Assembly: GCA_965655095.1 (NCBI GenBank)
Contig: OZ296648.1
Coordinates: forward strand, 22,940,001 to 23,004,000
Length of the DNA stretch: 64,000 nt
Origin: Haplodiscus bocki
Taxonomy: Eukaryota
Direction of reading: 5' to 3'
Shown here: positions 53,662-64,000 of the stretch, in pieces
How the letters are laid out: every line of letters begins with the position of its first letter
Numbering within the stretch: position 1 is the stretch's first letter
Program-made: the position numbers and the translations under genes
The notes under the pieces: generated by a model
Databases searched by the model: none
The model's input: only the letters and a program-made list of their open reading frames with translations
What the model was told of the DNA's origin: nothing

Positions 53662-55265
53662 GTAAGTTCATACGCTTAGTTCACAAATGTCATACGCTTA
53701 GCATAGCCAAAAAATACGTAGCACCAAAACTCTGGCTAAAGCCATTGAATTTTGGAGCCATGCATTTTTTTCAGTCTCCTCATACGCAAGCTAAAAAATT
53801 TCTATACGTTTCGAATTCAATTTTCATACGCTTAGATTCCAATTCCATACGCTTAGCGTCAAATTGCATACGTTTAGCCTCAACTAATCCGAACTTTTTC
53901 AGATTGACTGGATTTGCAATTATGAAGCGAAACTCTAAAGCTTCTATTCAACGTCAGAGACAGGCAGCTCTCGATGCCAAGAGGCTGAGAAAAGATGCAG
54001 AAGATGCAAGTGATGAAAATGTGAGTACAAGGGCGAAGGGAAGGCCCCTCCGAAAGTTGATGAACTGAGAAAACGAATATTGAGGACGAGTTAATCTTGA
54101 ACCATCGAAATGGGTGGAGTCGTCATACACTAGTTGACAACTTTTTTACGCCACCCAACAAGTCCCACGCTAGCTCCAAAAGACTCGGTTTTTCACATCA
54201 ACCCAAGCCAGAAGCGAAAACTGCTAGAAGCACCAATTGGAACGGTCAAACGGCTGGGGGAGAGCAGCAAGTGGTAACGATACCTCCGTTTATCACGAAG
54301 AGTGTTTACCAAGTTCCTCAAACCAAACAGTCAATATCGAAGCTCCCCCTGGAAAATTTTTTTTTCAAAGTCCTCGTCACTGATGATGGATGGCCAGCGG
54401 TTACGTCGGCACACATGGAGGAAGGTAAGCTTAGCTCAACAACCTCAAACGCTCAGTTCGAAAATCTCATACGCTGAGTTCAAAAATATCATACTCTTAG
54501 TTCAAAAATCTCATACGCTTAGTTCAAAAATCTCCTACGCGCAGCATACCCAAAAACGCTTAGCACCAAAACTCATTGGTTAATGACACAAGCTTCGGTT
54601 TCAATTTCATACGCTTAGCCTCAAATTGTATACTCTGATTTTTTGCTGGACGCAAACGGTAGGTTCAAAAATTTGAGAATAATGAGCTCAGAAACATGTG
54701 TTGCGGTTAAGCAAGCACTTCAACCTGCATCAATTGTACGACACTGCAAACAAATGAAAAAGGCTGATAAGACCTCTAGCAGTCCCACTTCCAACCTTTG
54801 ACACCGTTGTCAACTGGTTTCGCGATGAAATTTGGAGAGTTAGAAGTGTGTTTCTTCGACAAAAACCTCCCCGAGCGCGTGAGTAAGCAGACGCATGGAG
54901 CAGTAGTTGAAATGAAACGAACAGAACTAATGGGAAACTGCCTATTTGCAGAGAAGAGTTTAAGAAAGGTTAATTACTGTTTTTTTTGCTCTGATAAGTG
55001 CTTTCAAGCTGCTAAAGTAACTTTCATTTATAGAAGAAGCTATGATTGACTAACACGGTCACTGTGCAAAAACTATGTTTGGGAAAGGGGCCAAAGAAGC
55101 CGAGAAACAGACCATCCGATGACTCTTCCCAAAGGTTTGCCCGGCAAAGTGGTAGAGGACAACGCCACGTCCAAATATGTCAGCCACCAGTTACTTTCTC
55201 ATTCAACCAAAAGAATTAACCAAGGACAAGAACTTTTCTTTGAGTATGGCAGCGAATTCTGGAAG
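53662..55265 (+). repeat. Class C composite monomer 3 (copy of monomer 1)
   Basis: ORFs 53745, 54097, 54302 and 54798 are identical in translation to 46223, 46575, 46780 and 47276. Confidence 0.9.
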
Positions 55266-56707
55266 GTAAGTTCATACGCTTAGTTCACAAATGTCATACG
55301 CTTAGCATAGCCAAAAAATACGTAGCACCAAAACTCTGGCTAAAGCCATTGAATTTTGGAGCCATGCATTTTTTTAAGTCTCCTCATACGCAAGCTAAAA
55401 AATTTCTACACGTTTCGAATTCAATTTTCATACGCTTAGATTCCAATTCCATACGCTTAGCCTCAAATTGCATACGTTTAGCCTCAACTAATCCGAACTT
55501 TTTCAGATTGACTGGATTTGCAATTATGAAGCGAAACTCTAAAGCTTCTATTCAACGTCAAGAGAGACAGGCAGCTCTCGATGCCAAGAGGCTGAGGCAA
55601 GATGCAAGCGATGAAAGTGTGAGTACAAGGGCGGATGGAAACGCTGAGAGCTGATGAATTGAAAAATCGCATTATTGAGGATGAGGTACTCTTGAGCAAA
55701 CAAAATGGGTGGAGTCGTCTTACACTGGTTGACAAATTTTTGACATCACCAACAAGACCCCAGCGAATCCCACTGTACTTGGTTTTTGACATCAAATCAA
55801 GCCGTAAGAAAACTGCTAGGGCACCCATTGGCACAGTCAAACGAATGGCGGTAGCGCAGCAAGTGGTACCCATAACTCAGTTTATCAAGTCGAGTGTTTA
55901 CCAAGTTCCTCTAACCAGACAGTCAACATCTAAACTCCCCCTGGAATATTTTTTCAAGAGTCGCCGTCACTGGTGATGGATGGCCAGCGGTTCACATCGG
56001 CATATTTTGAGGAAGGTTAGCCTAATTCAAAAATCTCAAGCTGAGTTGAAAATGCTCCAACACAATATCTTCAGGTCTCGACATCTCAGTTGCTCGCTTG
56101 TTCGCAACTAATGGGAAACGGCCTAAATGCAAAGAAGAGCTTCAGAAAAATTAGGTAGTTTTTTTGATCTGATAAGTGCTTTCAACAGGCTGCTAAATTA
56201 ACTTTCATTTATAGATGAAGCAATGATTGACTAACACGGTCACTATGCAAAACACCATGTTTGAGAAAGGGGCCACAAAAACCAACAAACAGACCATCCG
56301 ATGACTCTTCCCAAAGGTTTGCCCGGCAAAGTGGTAGAGGACAACGCCACGTCCAAATATGTCAGCCACCAGTTACTTTCTCATTCAACCAAAAGAATTA
56401 ACCAAGGACAAGAACTTTTCCTTGAGTATGGCAGCGAATTCTGGAAGGTAAGTTCATACGCTTAGTTCACAAATGTCATACGCTTAGCATAGCCAAAAAA
56501 TACGTAGCACCAAAACTCTGGCTAAAGCCATTGAATTTTGGAGCCATGCATTTTTTTCAGTCTCCTCATACGCAAGCTAAAAAATTTCTATACGTTTCGA
56601 ATTCAATTTTCATACGCTTAGATTCCAATTCCATACGCTTAGCGTCAAATTGCATACGTTTAGCCTCAACTAATCCGAACTTTTTCAGATTGACTGGATT
56701 TGCAATT

Positions 56708-58155
56708 ATGAAGCGAAACTCTAAAGCTTCTATTCAACGTCAGAGACAGGCAGCTCTCGATGCCAAGAGGCTGAGAAAAGATGCAGAAGATGCAAGTGAT
56801 GAAAATGTGAGTACAAGGGCGAAGGGAAGGCCCCTCCGAAAGTTGATGAACTGAGAAAACGAATATTGAGGACGAGTTAATCTTGAACCATCGAAATGGG
56901 TGGAGTCGTCATACACTAGTTGACAACTTTTTTACGCCACCCAACAAGTCCCACGCTAGCTCCAAAAGACTCGGTTTTTCACATCAACCCAAGCCAGAAG
57001 CGAAAACTGCTAGAAGCACCAATTGGAACGGTCAAACGGCTGGGGGAGAGCAGCAAGTGGTAACGATACCTCCGTTTATCACGAAGAGTGTTTACCAAGT
57101 TCCTCAAACCAAACAGTCAATATCGAAGCTCCCCCTGGAAAATTTTTTTTTCAAAGTCCTCGTCACTGATGATGGATGGCCAGCGGTTACGTCGGCACAC
57201 ATGGAGGAAGGTAAGCTTAGCTCAACAACCTCAAACGCTCAGTTCGAAAATCTCATACGCTGAGTTCAAAAATATCATACTCTTAGTTCAAAAATCTCAT
57301 ACGCTTAGTTCAAAAATCTCCTACGCGCAGCATACCCAAAAACGCTTAGCACCAAAACTCATTGGTTAATGCCACAAGCTTCGGTTTCAATTTCATACGC
57401 TTAGCCTCAAATTGTATACTCTGATTTTTTGCTGGACGCAAACGGTAGGTTCAAAAATTTGAGAATAATGAGCTCAGAAACATGTGTTGCGGTTAAGCAA
57501 GCACTTCAACCTGCATCAATTGTACGACACTGCAAACAAATGAAAAAGGCTGATAAGACCTCTAGCAGTCCCACTTCCAACCTTTGACACCGTTGTCAAC
57601 TGGTTTCGCGATGAAATTTGGAGAGTTAGAAGTGTGTTTCTTCGACAAAAACCTCCCCGAGCGCGTGAGTAAGCAGACGCATGGAGCAGTAGTTGAAATG
57701 AAACGAACAGAACTAATGGGAAACTGCCTATTTGCAGAGAAGAGTTTAAGAAAGGTTAATTACTGTTTTTTTTGCTCTGATAAGTGCTTTCAAGCTGCTA
57801 AAGTAACTTTCATTTATAGAAGAAGCTATGATTGACTAACACGGTCACTGTGCAAAAACTATGTTTGGGAAAGGGGCCAAAGAAGCCGAGAAACAGACCA
57901 TCCGATGACTCTTCCCAAAGGCCTGCCCGGGGCCGTGGTAGAGGGCAACCACTTCGCATCAGTCGACGCCACGTCCAAATGTGTCTGCCATCAGTTACTC
58001 CCCTTGGCAGATACATCAATCACAGCAGCCAGCCTAACTTAATACACGTAGCTTACCACACAGAAGCTGGGTTTGACTTCACTGCCTTTCATGCAACCAA
58101 GAGAAATAACCACGGACAAGAACTTTTCTTTGCATACGGCAGCGAGTTTTGGAAA
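56708..58155 (+). pseudogene. Second copy of the longest SET pseudogene (C monomer 4, 56448-58155)
   Basis: Same translations as 49009-50651, offset by 7522. Confidence 0.8.
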
Positions 58156-61100
58156 GTTAGTTCATACGTTTAGTTCAAAAATCTCATACGCTTAGCATAC
58201 CCAAAAAATGCTTAGCACCAAAACTCAATGGCAGACACTATCGAGTTTACGCGCTAGGTGTTTTTTCCACTCGCAAACGCTTACCCAAAAAGTTTCCACA
58301 CGCGTCGGTTGCAACTTCATACGCTTAGCCTCAAATTGCATACTCTGAATTTTTGCTGGACGCATACGGTAGGTTCAAAAATGTGAGAATATTGAGCTCA
58401 GAAACTTGTGTTGCGGTTGAGCAAGCACTTCAACCTGCATCAATTGTATGACACTGCAAACAATTGAAAATGGCTGATACAACCTCTAGCAGTCACACTT
58501 CCAACCTTTGACATCGTTGTCAACTGGTTTCGCGATGAAAGTTGGAGAGTTAGAAGTGTGTTTCTTCGACAAAAACCTCCCCGAGCGCGTGAGTAAGCAG
58601 ACGCATGAAGCAGTAGTTGAAATGAAACGAACAGAACTAATGGGAAACTTCCTATTTGCAGAGAAGAGTTTAAGAAAGGTTAATTACGGTTTTTTTTTGT
58701 TCTGATAAGTGCTTTCAAGCTGCTAAAGTAACTTTCATTTATAGAAGAAGCTATGATTGACTAACACGGTCACTGTGCAAAAACTATGTTTGGGAAAGGG
58801 GCCAAAGAAGCCGAGAAACAGACCATCCGATGACTCTTCCCAAAGGCCTGCCCGGGACCGTGGTAGAGGGCAACCACTTCGCATCAGTCGACGCCACGTC
58901 CAAATGTGTCTGCCATCAGTTACTCCCCTTGGCAGATACATCAATCACAGCAGCCAGCCTAACTTAATACACGTAGCTTACCACACAGAAGCTGGGTTTG
59001 ACTTCACTGCCTTTCATGCAACCAAGAGAAATAACCACGGACAAGAACTTTTCTTTGAATACGGCAGCGAGTTTTGGAATGTTAGTTCATACGTTTAGTT
59101 CAAAAATTTCATACGCTTAGCATACCCAAAAAATGCTTAGCACCAAAACTCAATGGCAGACACTATGGAGTTTAAGCGCTAGGTGTTTTTTCCACTCGCA
59201 AACGCTTACCCAAAAAGTTTCCACACGCGTCGGTTGCAACTTCATACGCTTAGCCTCAAATTGCATACTCTGAATTTTTGCTGGACGCATACGGTAGGTT
59301 CGAAAATTTGAGAATATTGAGCTCAGAAACTTGTCTTGCGGTTGAGCAAGCACTTCAACCTGCATCAATTGTACGACACTGCAAACAATTGAAAATGGCT
59401 GATACGACCTCTAGCAGTCACACTTCCAACCTTTGACATCGTTGTCAACTGGTTTCGCGATGAAAGTTGGAGAGTTAGAAGTGTGGTTCTTCGACAAAAA
59501 CCTCACCGAGCGCGTGAGTAAGCAGACCCATGGAGCAGTAGTTGAAATGAAACGAACAGAACTAATGGGAAACTGCCTCTTTGCAGAGAAGAGTTTAAGA
59601 AAGGTTAATTACGGTTTTTTTGCTCTGATAAGTGCTTTCAAGCTGCTAAAGTAACTTTCATTTATAGAAGAAGCTATGATTGACTAACACGGTCACTGTG
59701 CAAAAACTATGTTTGGGAAAGGGGCCAAAGAAGCCGAGAAACAGACCATCCGATGACTCTTCCCAAAGGCCTACCCGGGACCGTGGTAGAGGGCAACCAC
59801 TTCGCATCAGTCGACGCCACGTCCAAATGTGTCTGCCATCAGTTACTCCCCTTGGCAGATACATCAATCACAGCAGCCAGCCTAACTTAATACACGTAGC
59901 TTACCACACAGAAGCTGGGTTTTGACTTCACTGCCTTTCATGCAACCAAGAGAAATAACCACGGACAAGAACTTTTCTTTGAATACGGCAGCGAGTTTTG
60001 GAATGTTAGTTCATACGTTTAGTTCAAAAATTTCATACGCTTAGCATACCCAAAAAATGCTTAGCACCAAAACTCAATGGCAGACACTATCGAGTTTAAG
60101 CGCTAGGTGTTTTTTCCACTCGCAAACGCTTACCCAAAAAGTTTCCACACGCGTCGGTTGCAACTTCATACGCTTAGCCTCAAATTGCATACTCTGATTT
60201 TTTGCTGGACGCATACGGTAGGTTCAAAAATTTGAGAATATTGAGCTCAGAAACTTGTGTTGCGGTTAAGCAAGCACTCCAACCTGCATCAATTGTACGA
60301 CACTGCAAACAATTGAAAATGGCTGATACGACCTCTAGCAGTCACACTTCCAACCTTTGACATCGTTGTCAACTGGTTTCGCGATGAAAGTTGGAGAGTT
60401 AGAAGTGTGTTTCTTCGACAAAAACCTCCCCGAGCGCGTGAGTAAGCAGACGCATGAAGCAGTAGTTGAAATGAAACAAACAGATTTAATGGGAAACTGC
60501 CTATTTGCAGAGAAGAGTTTAAGAAAGGTAAATTACTGTTTTTTTTTGCTCTGATAAGTGCTTTCAAGCTGCTAAAGTAACTTTCATTTATAGAAGAAGC
60601 TATGATTGACTAACACGGTCACTGTGCAAAAACCATGTTTGGGAAAGGGGCCACAGAAGCCGAGAAACAGACCATCCGATGACTCTTCCCAAAGGCCTGC
60701 CCGGGACCGTGGTAGAGGGCAACCACTTCGCATCAGTCGACGCCACGTCCAAATGTGTCTGCCATCAGTTACTCCCCTTGGCAGATACATCAATCACAGC
60801 AGCCAGCCTAACTTATTACACGTAGCTTACCACACAGAAGCTGGGTTTGACTTCACTGCCTTTCATGCAACCAAGAGAAATAACCACGGACAAGAACTTT
60901 TCTTTGCATACGGCAGCGAGTTTTGGAATGTTAGTTCATACGTTAAGTTCAAAATCTCATACGCTTAGCATACCCAAAAAATGCTTAGCACCAAAACTCA
61001 ATGGCAGACACTATCGAGTTTACGCGCTAGGTGTTTTTTCCACTCGCAAACGCTTACCCAAAAAGTTTCCACACGCGTCGGTTGCAACTTCATACGCTTA

Positions 61101-62822
61101 GCCTCAAATTGCATACTCTGATTTTTTGCTGGACGCATACGGTAGGTTCAAAAATTTGAGAAGATTGAGCTCAGAAACTTGTGTTGCGGTTAAGCAAGCA
61201 CTCCAACCTGCATCAATTGTACGACACTGCAAACAATTGAAAATGGCTGATACGACCTCTAGCAGTCACACTTCCAACCTTTGACATCGTTGTCAACTGG
61301 TTTCGCGATGAAAGTTGGAGAGTTAGAAGTGTGTTTCTTCGACAAAAACCTCCCCGAGCGCGTGAGTAAGCAGACGCATGAAGCAGTAGTTGAAATGAAA
61401 CGAACAGATTTAATGGGAAACTGCCTATTTGCAGAGAAGAGTTTAAGAAAAGTAAATTACTGTTTTTTTTGCTCTGATAAGTGCTTTAAAGCTGCTAAAG
61501 TAACTTTCATTTATAGAAGAAGCTATGATTGACTAACACGGTCACTGTGCAAAAACCATGTTTGGGAAAGGGGCCACAGAAGCCGAGAAACAGACCATCC
61601 GATGACTCTTCCCAAAGGCCTGCCCGGGACCGTGGTAGAGGGCAACCACTTCGCATCAGTCGACGCCACGTCCAAATGTGTCTTCCATCAGTTACTCCCC
61701 TTGGCAGATACATCAATCACAGCAGCCAGCCTAACTTAATACACGTAGCTTACCACACAGAAGCTGGGTTTGACTTCACTGCCTTTCATGCAACCAAGAG
61801 AAATAACCACGGACAAGAACTTTTCTTTGCATACGGCAGCGAGTTTTGGAATGTTAGTTCATACGTTTAGTTCAAAAATTTCATACGCTTAGCATACCCA
61901 AAAAATGCTTAGCACCAAAACTCAATGGCAGACACTATGGAGTTTAAGCGCTAGGTGTTTTTTCCACTCGCAAACGCTTACCCAAAAAGTTTCCACACGC
62001 GTCGGTTGCAACTTCATACGCTTAGCCTCAAATTGCATACTCTGAATTTTTGCTGGACGCATACGGTAGGTTCGAAAATTTGAGAATATTGAGCTCAGAA
62101 ACTTGTGTTGCGGTTGAGCAAGCACTTCAACCTGCATCAATTGTACGACACTGCAAACAATTGAAAATGGCTGATACGACCTCTAGCAGTCACACTTCCA
62201 ACCTTTGACATCGTTGTCAACTGGTTTCGCGATGAAAGTTGGAGAGTTAGAAGTGTGGTTCTTCGACAAAAACCTCACCGAGCGCGTGAGTAAGCAGACC
62301 CATGGAGCAGTAGTTGAAATGAAACGAACAGAACTAATGGGAAACTGCCTCTTTGCAGAGAAGAGTTTAAGAAAGGTTAATTACGGTTTTTTTGCTCTGA
62401 TAAGTGCTTTCAAGCTGCTAAAGTAACTTTCATTTATAGAAGAAGCTATGATTGACTAACACGGTCACTGTGCAAAAACTATGTTTGGGAAAGGGGCCAA
62501 AGAAGCCGAGAAACAGACCATCCGATGACTCTTCCCAAAGGCCTACCCGGGACCGTGGTAGAGGGCAACCACTTCGCATCAGTCGACGCCACGTCCAAAT
62601 GTGTCTGCCATCAGTTACTCCCCTTGGCAGATACATCAATCACAGCAGCCAGCCTAACTTAATACACGTAGCTTACCACACAGAAGCTGGGTTTGACTTC
62701 ACTGCCTTTCATGCAACCAAGAGAAATAACCACGGACAAGAACTTTTCTTTGAATACGGCAGCGAGTTTTGGAATGTTAGTTCATACGTTTAGTTCAAAA
62801 ATTTCATACGCTTAGCATACCC

Positions 62823-62886
62823 AAAAAATGCTTAGCACCAAAACTCAATGGCAGACACTATCGAGTTTAAGCGCTAGGTGTTTTTT
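62823..62886. repeat. Imperfect palindrome in the B linker (representative copy)
   Basis: AAAAAATGCTTAGCACCAAAACTCAATGG vs reverse complement of CTATCGAGTTTAAGCGCTAGGTGTTTTTT: 21/29 match; 7 of the 8 mismatches are transitions. Confidence 0.7.
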
Positions 62887-63226
62887 CCACTCGCAAACGC
62901 TTACCCAAAAAGTTTCCACACGCGTCGGTTGCAACTTCATACGCTTAGCCTCAAATTGCATACTCTGAATTTTTGCTGGACGCATACGGTAGGTTCGAAA
63001 ATTTGAGAATATTGAGCTCAGAAACTTGTGTTGCGGTTGAGCAAGCACTTCAACCTGCATCAATTGTACGACACTGCAAACAATTGAAAATGGCTGATAC
63101 GACCTCTAGCAGTCACACTTCCAACCTTTGACATCGTTGTCAACTGGTTTCGCGATGAAATTTGGAGAGTTAGAAGTGTGGTTCTTCGACAAAAACCTCA
63201 CCGAGCGCGTGAGTAAGCAGACGCAT

Positions 63227-63699
63227 GAAGCAGTAGTTGAAATGAAACGAACAGAACTAATGGGAAACTGCCTATTTGCAGAGAAGAGTTTTAGAAAGGT
63301 TAATTACGGTTTTTTTTGCCCTGATAAGTGCTTTCAAGCTGCTAAAGTAACTTTCATTTATAGAAGAAGCTATGATTGACTAACACGGTCACTGTGCAAA
63401 AACTATGTTTGGGAAAGGGGCCAAGGAAGCCGAGAAACAGACCATCCGATGACTCTTCCAAAAGGCCTGCCCGGGACCGTGGTAGAGGGCAACCACTTCG
63501 CATCAGTCGACGCCACGTCCAAATGTGTCTGCCATCAGTTACTCCCCTTGGCAGATACATCAATCACAGCAGCCAGCCTAACTTAATACACGTAGCTTAC
63601 CACACAGAAGCTGGGTTTGACTTCACTGCCTTTCATGCAACCAAGAGAAATAACCACGGACAAGAACTTTTCTTTGAATACGGCAGCGAGTTTTGGAAT
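63227..63699 (+). pseudogene. SET domain remnant (SET8/KMT5A-like), representative B copy with all motifs present but disrupted
   Basis: EAVVEMKRTELMGNCLFAEKSFRK, intron remnant, EAMID*HG, frameshift, FASVDATSKCVCHQ, frameshift, LGRYINHSSQPN...GQELFFEYGSEFW. Matches SET motifs GxG, YxG, RxINHS and ELxxDY. Confidence 0.88.
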
Positions 63700-64000
63700 G
63701 TTAGTTCATACGTTTAGTTCAAAAATTTCATACGCTTAGCATACCCAAAAAATGCTTAGCACCAAAACTCAATGTCAGACACTATGGAGTTTAAGCGCTA
63801 GGTGTTTTTTCCACTCGCAAACGCTTACCCAAAAAGTTTCCACACGCGTCGGTTGCAACTTAATACGCTTAGCCTCAAGCTTCATACTCTGATTTTTTGC
63901 TGGACGCATACGGTAGGTTCAAAAATTTGAGAATATTGAGCTCAGAAACTTGTGTTGCGGTTAAGCAAGCACTTCAAAATGCACCAATTGTACGGCACTG

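Larger units (their letters stand above)
44958..58300 (+). repeat. Higher-order duplication with 7522-bp offset (A'-C-A'-C-B...), containing a 2786-bp A'C dimer
   Basis: Equivalent ORFs at 45041/52563, 46223/53745, 47827/55349, 49009/56531 and 50310/57832 all differ by 7522. 46223/49009 differ by 2786. Confidence 0.92.
1..64000 (+). repeat. Gene-derived macrosatellite of ~55 head-to-tail monomers (classes A, B, C), each carrying a SET-domain pseudogene fragment; open at both window edges
   Basis: The same peptides and DNA recur every 0.92-1.7 kb. The segment GGCAGCGA(A/G)TT(C/T)TGGAA(G/T/A)GT(T/A)AGTTCATACG, or a close variant, ends each monomer (counted ~55 times). Confidence 0.98.
58156..64000 (+). 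repeat. Class B array: 6 full monomers (923-925 bp) plus a partial one
   Basis: Boundaries at 58156, 59081, 60005, 60930, 61853, 62776 and 63700. Confidence 0.96.

Noticed and set aside
63376-63717. 113-aa ORF as an intact viral-type mini SET protein
   Set aside because: TTG start; its N-terminal half is out of frame relative to the GxG, YHG and VDAT motifs.
1-64000. 5S rRNA, SL RNA, snRNA, tRNA or histone tandem cluster
   Set aside because: Unit size is similar, but I recognise no such sequence; the monomer is accounted for by SET exons, introns and linker.
1-64000. Pure assembly artefact, or meaningful 1-bp homopolymer length variants
   Set aside because: Structured subfamily SNPs and indels argue the array is real, though copy number needs read support. 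Single-base A/T-run differences may be sequencing error and were not interpreted.

Overview
The whole 64 kb is one head-to-tail (+ strand) tandem array of about 55 monomers, from a eukaryote. Short ~60-nt GT-AG introns with TT(C/T)TTCAG acceptors and GTTAG/GTAAG donors suggest a nematode-like genome (inference). There is no unique DNA and no intact gene. Every monomer is a decayed, intron-containing fragment of a SET-domain lysine methyltransferase gene resembling SET8/KMT5A. Across frameshifts and introns it reads (EEGLDIS or VVEMKRTEL)MGNGLxAKKSFRK-DEAMID*HG...VDATSKCVCHQ..LGRYINHSSQPN...FHATK...GQELFFEYGSEFW. There are three monomer classes. A (~1.18-1.21 kb, 40 copies; 36 consecutive at 2819-46139) nearly always lacks the RYINHS motif. 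B (~0.92 kb, both ends of the window) mostly keeps it. C (~1.6-1.7 kb, 4 copies) is a composite. Monomers are joined by a shared linker: a CATACGCTTAG 21-22-bp minisatellite plus a ~62-64-bp imperfect palindrome. The array shows subfamily domains, mosaic monomers and higher-order repeats (2412, 2772, 2786, 7522 bp). The ORF track mostly shows frameshifted pieces of this pseudogene or spurious frames.
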